64,000 nucleotides of DNA from Candidatus Poseidoniaceae archaeon (GTDB taxonomy: Archaea > Thermoplasmatota > Poseidoniia > Poseidoniales > Poseidoniaceae). Shown here one piece after another: positions 28,444 through 36,593 of the stretch. Location: assembly GCA_938084675.1 (NCBI GenBank), contig CALKGM010000004.1, forward strand, positions 3,339 to 67,338, in the 5' to 3' direction. Position numbers and translations under genes: made by a program. The notes under the pieces are model-generated. The model did not search any database and was not told the origin of the DNA. It was given only the letters and a program-made list of their open reading frames with translations. Each line of letters begins with the position of its first letter. The first letter of the stretch is position 1.

Positions 28444-29442
28444 CTCATAACGAGCAACGTATTCCATCATCTCTCCATCACGGCCAGTCCAGTTCAACGA
28501 TTGCGGTTGCAAAGGGTTGTACCACTTCACATCGGCATGAACCAACGGGTCAAGTTTGATAGGACCTTTATCCATTGTACAATGAACCAAATGGATGCGC
28601 AGGAGAACATCGTTTCTGAGATGCTCCCATGTCCCAACAATTCGCTCTGCTTTTGCTTGAACCGATAATTCTTCACCCAGTTCTCTGACGATGGAATCAT
28701 CCCATCGCTCTTCGGGTTCACATTTCCCGCCGGGGAATTCCCATGTCGCATCGTCACTGCGTTGGGCAAGAAGTACCCGCCCGTTTTCATCACGGATGAG
28801 GGCAGCAACAACATCAACCACCGAAGGACCAGACGACGGCAGCATGTGTTCCAAACACTGCACTGCCAGGCGGGAACTTGAATCTATATCGAGGATATCT
28901 TCGGAAGGAATGTGAAGGAAAAGACAAGGTGGAGGGAGATGACCTTCATGGAACGATTGCAATGCAACTAGGGTGTGATAATAGGTTTCATTGCACACAA
29001 ATGTACCTGCATCAAGGGAGATTTCAAAATGAGTGGAGAACGACTCAGGCGTCCAATTCCCCAGATCCATCCATGAACCAAGGTGACCACGACCGTTAAT
29101 CTCGGATGATATTTCCATTCTTCCACTGTTGTCTTGAATGCGCATGTCAAGAACATCTTGAGCTCGCTGCTCAAGCCGAGGGTGTTCACAGGAAGCGCAC
29201 AAACCAATGTGAAGGATGGCGTCCCATTTCTCCCCGGAATGGACAGCATTTGATGTTTCAGTAGCACCAAGATGGTCCACCGAGAGTATTCGTGTCGTAA
29301 TTTCAAATTCTTGAACCACACGACCTGATGAATCTGAAACCTGATGCGTTCCTTGAAGTTGAAGGGCCACATCTTGACTCGGATTGGTAGCATGGGTACC
29401 AAACGGTTCGAATCCGGTAACAAGAATACGTTGAGGGCCCAT
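28429..29442 (-). CDS. fusion protein: pyroglutamyl peptidase I (C15) N-domain plus Nudix (MutT-like) hydrolase C-domain
   Basis: Pcp motifs RILVTGFEPFGTHATNPS, LEQRA (Glu), DAGTFVCNETYYH (Cys), LFLHIPSE (His). Then VVAALIRDENGRVLLAQR...WEFPGGKCEPEERWDDSIVRELGEELSV, a Nudix box GX5EX7REUXEEXGU with the final G replaced by S. Start could be ATG 29442 (MGPQRILVTG) or 29475; the ORF-track 29637 is unlikely. Confidence 0.8.
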   Translation of the reverse strand: MGPQRILVTGFEPFGTHATNPSQDVALQLQGTHQVSDSSGRVVQEFEITTRILSVDHLGATETSNAVHSGEKWDAILHIGLCASCEHPRLEQRAQDVLDMRIQDNSGRMEISSEINGRGHLGSWMDLGNWTPESFSTHFEISLDAGTFVCNETYYHTLVALQSFHEGHLPPPCLFLHIPSEDILDIDSSSRLAVQCLEHMLPSSGPSVVDVVAALIRDENGRVLLAQRSDDATWEFPGGKCEPEERWDDSIVRELGEELSVQAKAERIVGTWEHLRNDVLLRIHLVHCTMDKGPIKLDPLVHADVKWYNPLQPQSLNWTGRDGEMMEYVARYESMPR

Positions 29443-29536
29443 GTATTTCTCACGAGGGTTCAGTTTTTCATCCATCCGGCTCAAAAGAGGGGTTAGATTG
29501 ACAAGGAACAGTGACCACCCAAAAGCAGTGGGACAT

Positions 29537-29884
29537 ATGGAAGAAGAATTGGTCGTCCAATTTTCCCCTGAAGCCCAAGAACAACGAACCGGCTTCATGC
29601 CGTTTCGACTCGTAAAAGAAATCTGGCGTGAAATCACCTTCGGAGTGGGGACATGGGGGGCGTTTCGTCCACTGTTTGCCGCTCTTCTGGCCGTCGTCCC
29701 AGGATTGTTTTTAGGTCAGCATTTTAATCGCAAGCACCGAAGAGGATTTGATTGGCTTCTGCTTCAAATCCCACTCGCACTCACAATCGTATTGTGGATC
29801 GCCCTTTGGCTGTGGTCTATTTTTGATGCGTGGCGTGACGCCCTTGCGTTTGACCCTAACTCCACAGTTGATCCGTCACTTTGA
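29537..29884 (+). CDS. small two-TM membrane protein (hypothetical)
   Basis: Helices FRPLFAALLAVVPGLFLG and LLLQIPLALTIVLWIALWLWSIF. Start uncertain (ATG 29537 or 29597; the ORF-track 29441 overlaps the divergent gene). The 3' end overlaps the convergent protease gene by 29 nt. Confidence 0.45.
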   Translation: MEEELVVQFSPEAQEQRTGFMPFRLVKEIWREITFGVGTWGAFRPLFAALLAVVPGLFLGQHFNRKHRRGFDWLLLQIPLALTIVLWIALWLWSIFDAWRDALAFDPNSTVDPSL

Positions 29885-30641
29885 TTGAGCCATCAGCCAT
29901 TCCCGAAAGGTCGGCCAAGTCGTCTTCATCAAATTCATTTGGAAGTGTTCCGAAAATAAAGTTTGCAAGGTCTGCGGATTCAATCGCCCAATACATCACT
30001 GAATCGTCATTGTTTGAATGCCCTTCGTTATTTTCATCCTCATGGTCTACTGGAGATTGATAGACCAAATTAACGAGACCCAGAAGGTGTCCAACTTCAT
30101 GAACGGTGACGCTGTTTTCTACATCTTCAACAGACGGACGATTGAAGGGTCCATTTGCGGTTTGAATGGTATCACCGAAGAGAGCAATTGAAGATGCATC
30201 AACGGCTACTCCGAGAACCGAACTATCAACATAGGAGCCGGAAGGAAAGAGAATCTGCCAGGTCAAGGTCGACCCGTCAAGAGGCGAAGCATCTTTGTGC
30301 TCCCAAGCCTGTTCTCTGACGTCATTTGCAGACCAATCACCATTGTGGTCAAAAACAACCTCCGTGAATTCAAAGCTTATTCCATCCGGTTTATCACAAA
30401 CACTCTCGAGGCGGTCAAGTAGCATATCTGTGCTGCTCGTCATAGGCTTATAGCCCGCTTCATAATCAATCTCAATAACCATGGAGGTATATGCATCATC
30501 TTGGAGACAAGCAAGGGTCAAGCCACCAGGAATACCCTTTCGTTCTGGTAAAATATCCAAAGAATCCCCAAAACAGCCTGATAGACTGGCTGAAAGGAGT
30601 GCGAGGACAAATAGCGAAGCCTTCGCACGTTCGTTGCCCAT
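29856..30641 (-). CDS. zinc metalloprotease lipoprotein (zincin HEXXH, metzincin-like Met-turn)
   Basis: MGNERAKASLFVLALLSASLSGC carries a signal peptide and lipobox (LSGC). VTVHEVGHLLGLVN zinc site with downstream DHEDENNEGHSNNDDSVMYW (possible third ligand and Met-turn). The ORF-track N-terminal 66 aa overlap the upstream gene and are rejected. Confidence 0.7.
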   Translation of the reverse strand: MGNERAKASLFVLALLSASLSGCFGDSLDILPERKGIPGGLTLACLQDDAYTSMVIEIDYEAGYKPMTSSTDMLLDRLESVCDKPDGISFEFTEVVFDHNGDWSANDVREQAWEHKDASPLDGSTLTWQILFPSGSYVDSSVLGVAVDASSIALFGDTIQTANGPFNRPSVEDVENSVTVHEVGHLLGLVNLVYQSPVDHEDENNEGHSNNDDSVMYWAIESADLANFIFGTLPNEFDEDDLADLSGMADGSIKVTDQLWS

Positions 30642-30678
30642 GCCTGCCCCTCGGCACGGTTGTTTTTGAATCTCATCC

Positions 30679-31125
30679 CTACCAGTTTTCGGGAATTTCA
30701 AGCGGAGAAAACAATTGACCTGGCCCAGAAGCGAGGGAGAGTTGAGTTCGAGCCAGTTGCTCCCATGCACGCAAAGCAAGAATTCCGTCAATAAGTGATA
30801 CTTCAATTTCAATGAGCGTGACTCGGATGAGAGTTTCAAGAATGTCCATACGTTGATGGTCTACGATACTCAAAATCTTTTCCAAAGGAAAATTCGACGG
30901 TGTCGCAGATGGCTCTACAGTGACGGGCCAGGGTTGAGAAACACGTTCAGGAACAGTATCTCCACTTTTCACCAAATACTCATCAAGAGATTGACCCAGA
31001 CCCTTGATGTGCTTCTGAAGTACCAACGATACCTCTACCAATGGCATATTCAGTTGATTGATGAGGTTCACCATTCGTTCTTGCAAGGTCACAAGACCGT
31101 CAACACCGCCTGTAGATGAATCCAT
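30679..31125 (-). CDS. 148-aa cytoplasmic protein (hypothetical), tightly coupled to the upstream giant gene
   Basis: ATG lies 9 nt after the TGA of the 1800-aa gene. No signal peptide or TM. No motif recognised. Confidence 0.5.
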   Translation of the reverse strand: MDSSTGGVDGLVTLQERMVNLINQLNMPLVEVSLVLQKHIKGLGQSLDEYLVKSGDTVPERVSQPWPVTVEPSATPSNFPLEKILSIVDHQRMDILETLIRVTLIEIEVSLIDGILALRAWEQLARTQLSLASGPGQLFSPLEIPENW

Positions 31126-31134
31126 TGAATCATC

Positions 31135-34100
31135 TCACTTTGTTAGAGCGTCAATGTACTGCCATCCGTAAGAATTCCATTGGTCTGGCGTCCACCCGTC
31201 TGGCAGACCAGTTGGTGGAATTGGAGGTGGAACAGTACGGTCAAGTCCGGGCATTGCAGACATATTCGGTGCTGGAGGAGCGGGAGCGGGAGCGGGCGTG
31301 GCTGTCAAATCAGGAACACGCTTACTGGTTTCTTGCATCTCAGCAGCCACAACATCTGTTTGGTCCACTTCATCGTCTTCCTCGGGATTGAGCATTCTTC
31401 GTTGCATGACCATAGCCCAAAGCCCAAAGGAGACAGAAATCAATGCGATCACAAACAGGGTGATGCTAAAGAGATCATCAGATACTTGTTGAGACAATGC
31501 ATCGCCATCACGTGCAGTTTCTTCCTTCACCATGAGAGAGTCAACCGTATGGCGGTCCATTTCCACACCATCAACAAGAACAAGAACTCGGTATTGGACA
31601 GATTGACCTGAGGAAACATCAGCAATTGCCGGCAAATTTGCTCGCAATGGTTGACCGGTTTTAGCTTCCAAACTTACTTCTGCGGTTGTCGACCAAAAGC
31701 CTCCATCAACAAGTCGTTGGAGTGCAAAGGTCACATCACCATCACCTGCGAGATTATCTGCGGCGACGAACATCAATGTGGATTCGCCCTCATATGGACT
31801 TGGATTATTCCATTGCAAAGTCGTGTTTTCGTGTTGAAGGTCCACCCGAGGACCGAGCAGAGCGAGCGGCCATGAGGCAAACGGGTCTGTCATTGCATTC
31901 CCAAATGTATCAAACGGATTACCCGCTTCGTCCGAACCAGAAACCCACACATCAACCGTGTAGGAAGGTAACAACGTAGTCGCCCCTGAATCAGTCAAAT
32001 CCAGTTCACCGCTCCAGAAGAACTGAGAACCAAACGGAGCGATATCTGGAAGAAGAACGCTACCTCGGGAAATCTCGGCTTCACCGGCCTTAACTCTGTA
32101 GTGGAGAAGGGCTGGCTCGCTGTAATCAAACCCATTTTCGTCATTGGTTTCAAGCATGACCTTCAAATTCGAGGCGTCTCCGATTGAAATTGGCTCCCCA
32201 GGAAGAACGGTATTGAGGGCGATTCCTTCAATGGTTGGTCTAATGCTGTCAACAGCCAGACGAACGCGAGGTTGAACTGGTGTCTCATCAAAGGCAAGCC
32301 CGGGAAGGTCGTCCATTGTCAATCTGAGGTCAAGATGGCCTGAGCGAACCGAAGGAACGAGCAAGTCAAGACTGAATTCACCGTCTGCACGTGTTGAGGT
32401 TCGCCAGTTGTTAACAAAGTCTCCAAAGACAACGTCAAAGGCGCCAGCAGGAGCTGGTGTCTCGTCTTCTGAAAACAATACTCGGCCGTTGACACGAAGT
32501 GCTTGTCCTGCCCCGATAATGGTCTCAATGTTTTCCGAATTGTAGTGATTTTCACTGTTGCGAAGTTCAACTGCACGAATGTGACCGTCTTCAGTATCAA
32601 AACGGAAATCATTGTCCAAACTCCACCAGTCATCACCCATTCCAAACTTCGTTTCAAAGCACGGCTCTACTTCTCCCTCGTTACAAGGTAGGTCGGTCAC
32701 AAGGACCTTCGGTACGAAGTGAGTCACCCCGTTTGTATCAAACGATTCCGGGAACTGCCAAGTAAGTTGGAAGCGTGCTTGAATCACGACGACACTCTCA
32801 TTTTCAGCATCAAGTTCCACGGTTGAGTATAGATTTGATACAGCGATGAAATCCGAACCTGTCTCCATTACAGCGATAGGGTCTCCGTTTTCGTCGGGTG
32901 CGAGACTGATGAACATTGAGGCTTCATCGTCATCCAAATCACCACCAAGAGCGACTTGAACGAATTGAATATCATCCCATCCGTTTTGGTCACTGATGAG
33001 GATGCGGGCTGTATATGGAATACCCGGATGGAGTGGTTCGTAATCATCATGGCCAAGAATGGACGAATTCCCCAGGTCAACCATGGGTTCAAATTCTTGA
33101 CGGATGATGTATGTTGATAGGTCGGCAGACCAATCAGGGACTACTTCGCCTGGCCGGTATCCACAGACTATGTTCGTAACGGGGCAAACCGGACCTCCTC
33201 CCATAGCAATTTGGTTATCCTGCTGATCTTTTCCAGTGATGAAGTATGACACTCGCTGTTCGTGGAGCAACATAGAATCATCAATGAGTCCTTCAAAGAT
33301 GTTGAGTCCACCAACCCTTGTCTCTGGTGAGGAGAGGGTCTTTCGTTGGTACTCATCTTCGTTAGGCAATCCATCAAAGTTGTAATCGTTGCATCCAATC
33401 GCATCGCTGGCTCGGCAACCGACCCAATAATTCAGCGTAATTTGCTGCGGTGGGTCAACTGAATCTTGGATAACCAATGAAACGGCTTGCCCCACACCTG
33501 CAGAACCTGCATGGCGCTCTTCTCCATCAGAAGGAGTTGCAGTTAGAACCAAAGGTGAATTACCGTCAAGAATCAAACGAATAGAATTGTAACCAGGATT
33601 CGAATAGGTTGAACCGTTTTCCAAATCAACCGCTTGGACATAGAATATCATTCCACCTGGTGCTGATTCAATAGGGGATACAAAGGTCAAATTATATTCT
33701 CCAAATGCAGGGTTAACTTCCTCATGAAGCAAGACTGAAGCCCCGAGGGGGTCTCCGTCATACGTAACGTTTTGACCCATAACACGCAAACTAAAGCTCC
33801 CTGCTGGAGGCATGAGTTGAGAATCTTGGAAATGAAGGCCTCCTGCGAAACTGAGGTTGAATCCACCCCTCACCCAATCCATTGGGTACAATTGGCGGCC
33901 TGTTTCTTCCCAAACTTGAAGCCCGTCGAGTTGAATGTCGTTTTCAATAACAAGATCCATACTGCTGGTATCCCATCGATTCACTGCCACACCAAGGTCG
34001 TCCTTCACCGTGATAATGGCTTCAAGGTCGGTTTCATCGTTCCAGCTCCAATTGAACTTTGTAGGGACCCATATGGAAACAACGCCGAGGGCATCAACCG

Positions 34101-36522
34101 TTGAAGTACAGTTACCTGTATCGAACATAACAATTCCTCCCGCATCACTATTTGTGGTACAGGAATCCCCTCTCTCCCAAGTGAATGAAGGGTTTGAACC
34201 GTGTGTGTGGTTTAGTTCGATTATGGCTTCCGTGACTCGGTCGACGTCGTCACCTGGGGCAACCCGAGTGATGAGGTTGCGGTAGGCGCCATCGGGTGAA
34301 GCCAATCCACCTTCAAAAGAGGCGTCAATAGCACGTGTTTGCATGGCGTAAGTTACATCGATATTCGAAACACGGATACGCCCGGAGCTAGCAGCCTTGA
34401 TTGCAATTGGAATCTCAAGCATGCCTTCTCCATTTTCAGGAATGTAGTCGTTGAAGGCATCAATCATCGTTGGTGCCTTCTTCACAATTACACCCACTTG
34501 AGAGTCATCGGTTGCAACGACTGCAGATTCATTAAGGAAAATCATGGCTTCCCAATCGTATACACCATCACCGCCAATGTCAAGCATCGGCCGGTCGGGG
34601 TATCCCTCTTCGTACCAGAGGATGAAACTTTCAATGGTTGGAGTGACAGAGGTGTCGTTGGTGGTCATGAAGATTGCATAGCGCAATGTGTTACCTGCAG
34701 CATCTGTTGAGAAACTTGTTTCAACATTGTTTTGTGCATCAAGCCAAGTGCTTCCATTATCGTTAGAAACTACAACCTGAACTGTAGTTCCAGCAGGAAC
34801 ATCTGCAACCCATGCTGGTCGTACTTTACCGACCTTTGTGCCAGTGTTGTAGTGCGGTGAGGTCCAATCTCCGGAAGTAGCATAAGCCGTTGCTGCGTCG
34901 ATATCAATCCACCAAGATACTGCAGTTGAGCCAATCAATTGTGCCTTCCATACCAGTTCTTTCCCTGGGTAATCAAAGTGAATCGTAGAGTTGGAGACGA
35001 CTGGTTCCCAGTGGGTCCCGTTGTCGGCTGAGATCCAATAATCAACACGGTCTCCGATCGACGCTGCAGACCAGTACGTCTGAACGTTAGCAGATAATAC
35101 ATCATCCGTGTATTCAGTCACGGGGCCGTACCAGGTCGTGGTTCCAGGGGCAGGAGTTGTTTCGTACATCCAACCGGTACCAAATTCGCGATAGTACAAG
35201 GAAGCACCAGACCATGTGGAGTATCCAGAATCAACCGTGATAAACCGGTCACCATCAAACTGCAAACCGTAGCCTAATCGGGAGATTTGCCGCGTATTGG
35301 TCTGTGGGATGAGTGCTTGAGCAGAGCCAGATATGTCCCAAGCTTCCAGTTGATCCTTGTCGTTGTAATATGAATCCTTCTGGCAGCGCATGAAGAATGT
35401 CGTTGAGTTCACCTCTAATCCACGAACCATCTGATTGCTTTGACCGCACTCACGGGTACTCGAGGAAGAGGATGTGAAAGTATAGTACTTCTCATCTCGG
35501 TCCCAAGTTGAAGTCCCATCACCGCTGAAGTCATACGAGACAATTTTACCCCCTTGATTGTGAACAACCCAGACTTTTTCTGTATCTCGGTCGTATGCAA
35601 TTCCGGTGTAATCTCCAGCACCTGCTGAGATGTCATAGGAGTCAATACATGTCCACACACTGTCTCTTGAGATGTCCATCTCCAAGACTCGATGATAATT
35701 CACCGGTGCATTTGAGCCGTATGTATATCGGTATCCAGATAAAATTCCAAACAATCGCTCATCATCCGTAACGGTCCAATCTCTAAACCCATAATATCCA
35801 TAATATGAGGATGAGTGTTTTTGTGGAAGATTGCACTGAGCTTGGTCAAGAGTAATGATAGATTCACGACTTGCGTTGTTAGGGTAGAGTCGGTGGACAA
35901 CATTGCTGAAGGTGGATGAGGACCATGTTGAAAGGAAAAGCCAGTCATGGTGCTTGAGGATTGATCCTTGGCTTTGGGCCATGAAGCTGGATGAGGTTTT
36001 GGTAATTTGCTGAGAGAACAATCCTTCTGTAGCGTTTGAGGTGTGAGGTTGACGAAGTGCGTAAGAACCGTTGTCCAACCATGCGTCTGAATTTTGGTCT
36101 GCTTCTTCATCAAACCCGTGCGGGTAGAACGATTCGCTGATTGAGTCCATTGCGAGTGTTAAGTCTCCGCTACGGTCGTCCACGTTAGATTCTGAACCTG
36201 CAACCCACTGTGCTCGTGTATCAGAGACCACTTGTGACCACCCGGTTGCGGACGCACCGGATAACGTCATGCTAACATCGGTAACCAAAGCTCCACGTGG
36301 AATACTGACCTTAGCCCCCATATCCGGGTTAGCGCCCTGGTAGAGGGCGACATATTCCGTTGAACCATCGTGGAACTCATACACGTGACGAGTGCCTGCT
36401 GCCGCCGTTGTGTCCTCTGAAATGAAGGATGTTAGCGGACTCAGGGGGGTCGTTACCATCAAAATAACGAGAAGCCAAAAAGCGCCGCGTGAGAAAAGTG
36501 TATGCGTATCGCTACCCTGCAT
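31135..36522 (-). CDS. giant (~1795 aa) type-I membrane surface protein with Asp-box (BNR) motifs and Pro-rich cytoplasmic tail
   Basis: Signal peptide AFWLLVILMVTTPLSPL. Two S-x-D-x-G-x-x-W Asp-boxes (SADNGTHW, SNDNGSTW). TM ITLFVIALISVSFGLWAMVM. 89-aa tail with APAPAPAPPAP and terminal LPDGWTPDQWNSYGWQYIDALTK. The ORF-track start 36537 is GTG. ATG 36522 sits ~26 nt downstream of the centre of a TTAAAATT box, which suggests a leaderless start. Confidence 0.8.
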   Translation of the reverse strand: MQGSDTHTLFSRGAFWLLVILMVTTPLSPLTSFISEDTTAAAGTRHVYEFHDGSTEYVALYQGANPDMGAKVSIPRGALVTDVSMTLSGASATGWSQVVSDTRAQWVAGSESNVDDRSGDLTLAMDSISESFYPHGFDEEADQNSDAWLDNGSYALRQPHTSNATEGLFSQQITKTSSSFMAQSQGSILKHHDWLFLSTWSSSTFSNVVHRLYPNNASRESIITLDQAQCNLPQKHSSSYYGYYGFRDWTVTDDERLFGILSGYRYTYGSNAPVNYHRVLEMDISRDSVWTCIDSYDISAGAGDYTGIAYDRDTEKVWVVHNQGGKIVSYDFSGDGTSTWDRDEKYYTFTSSSSSTRECGQSNQMVRGLEVNSTTFFMRCQKDSYYNDKDQLEAWDISGSAQALIPQTNTRQISRLGYGLQFDGDRFITVDSGYSTWSGASLYYREFGTGWMYETTPAPGTTTWYGPVTEYTDDVLSANVQTYWSAASIGDRVDYWISADNGTHWEPVVSNSTIHFDYPGKELVWKAQLIGSTAVSWWIDIDAATAYATSGDWTSPHYNTGTKVGKVRPAWVADVPAGTTVQVVVSNDNGSTWLDAQNNVETSFSTDAAGNTLRYAIFMTTNDTSVTPTIESFILWYEEGYPDRPMLDIGGDGVYDWEAMIFLNESAVVATDDSQVGVIVKKAPTMIDAFNDYIPENGEGMLEIPIAIKAASSGRIRVSNIDVTYAMQTRAIDASFEGGLASPDGAYRNLITRVAPGDDVDRVTEAIIELNHTHGSNPSFTWERGDSCTTNSDAGGIVMFDTGNCTSTVDALGVVSIWVPTKFNWSWNDETDLEAIITVKDDLGVAVNRWDTSSMDLVIENDIQLDGLQVWEETGRQLYPMDWVRGGFNLSFAGGLHFQDSQLMPPAGSFSLRVMGQNVTYDGDPLGASVLLHEEVNPAFGEYNLTFVSPIESAPGGMIFYVQAVDLENGSTYSNPGYNSIRLILDGNSPLVLTATPSDGEERHAGSAGVGQAVSLVIQDSVDPPQQITLNYWVGCRASDAIGCNDYNFDGLPNEDEYQRKTLSSPETRVGGLNIFEGLIDDSMLLHEQRVSYFITGKDQQDNQIAMGGGPVCPVTNIVCGYRPGEVVPDWSADLSTYIIRQEFEPMVDLGNSSILGHDDYEPLHPGIPYTARILISDQNGWDDIQFVQVALGGDLDDDEASMFISLAPDENGDPIAVMETGSDFIAVSNLYSTVELDAENESVVVIQARFQLTWQFPESFDTNGVTHFVPKVLVTDLPCNEGEVEPCFETKFGMGDDWWSLDNDFRFDTEDGHIRAVELRNSENHYNSENIETIIGAGQALRVNGRVLFSEDETPAPAGAFDVVFGDFVNNWRTSTRADGEFSLDLLVPSVRSGHLDLRLTMDDLPGLAFDETPVQPRVRLAVDSIRPTIEGIALNTVLPGEPISIGDASNLKVMLETNDENGFDYSEPALLHYRVKAGEAEISRGSVLLPDIAPFGSQFFWSGELDLTDSGATTLLPSYTVDVWVSGSDEAGNPFDTFGNAMTDPFASWPLALLGPRVDLQHENTTLQWNNPSPYEGESTLMFVAADNLAGDGDVTFALQRLVDGGFWSTTAEVSLEAKTGQPLRANLPAIADVSSGQSVQYRVLVLVDGVEMDRHTVDSLMVKEETARDGDALSQQVSDDLFSITLFVIALISVSFGLWAMVMQRRMLNPEEDDEVDQTDVVAAEMQETSKRVPDLTATPAPAPAPPAPNMSAMPGLDRTVPPPIPPTGLPDGWTPDQWNSYGWQYIDALTK
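31278..31295 (-). repeat. (GAGCGG)x3 hexanucleotide repeat encoding APAPAP
   Basis: gagcgggagcgggagcgg read directly; lies in the tail of the 1800-aa protein. The unit length is a multiple of 3. Confidence 0.8.
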
Positions 36523-36544
36523 ACTGCGTAGACACACGACTTAG

Positions 36545-36552
36545 AATTTTAA
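36545..36552 (-). promoter_or_regulatory. candidate archaeal TATA box (TTAAAATT) for the 1800-aa gene, geometry suggests a leaderless mRNA
   Basis: The minus strand reads GGTTAAAATTCTAAGTCGTGTGTCTACGCAGT-ATG. The box centre is ~26 nt upstream of ATG 36522 and there is no Shine-Dalgarno in between. Confidence 0.35.
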
Positions 36553-36571
36553 CCATGCGGTTTGGAGTCAC

Positions 36572-36583
36572 ATCAAAAGAAAG
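36572..36583 (-). terminator. T-rich tract (GCTTTCTTTTG) within a weak 6-bp hairpin just after the 1917-aa gene stop
   Basis: The minus strand reads TAG-TCCGTTTGGGCTTTCTTTTGATGTGACTCCAAACCG. Arms GTTTGG/CCAAAC (36560..36565 / 36585..36590). Oligo-T tracts are the usual archaeal termination signal. Confidence 0.3.
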
Positions 36584-36593
36584 CCCAAACGGA

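Noticed and set aside
29856-30839. ORF-track N-terminal extensions (metalloprotease 30839, rps15 20470 TTG, dnaJ 25773 TTG, gap 6502, membrane protein 26856, GT2 27892, Pcp-Nudix 29637, 1800-aa gene 36537 GTG)
   Set aside because: The extensions overlap neighbouring genes or start at rare TTG/GTG codons. Internal ATGs give canonical family N-termini (MARM.., MADKRDYY.., MSIKVAINGYG.., signal peptide plus lipobox), often with a GGTGA-type Shine-Dalgarno. The shorter versions were used.
31278-31295. (GAGCGG)x3 and the PPAGM-coding 15-nt x3 repeat (536..580) as slipped-strand phase-variation switches
   Set aside because: The unit lengths are multiples of three, so slippage would change tail length but not the reading frame. 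Homopolymer runs in the window are at most 6 to 7 nt, and none sits at a gene start.
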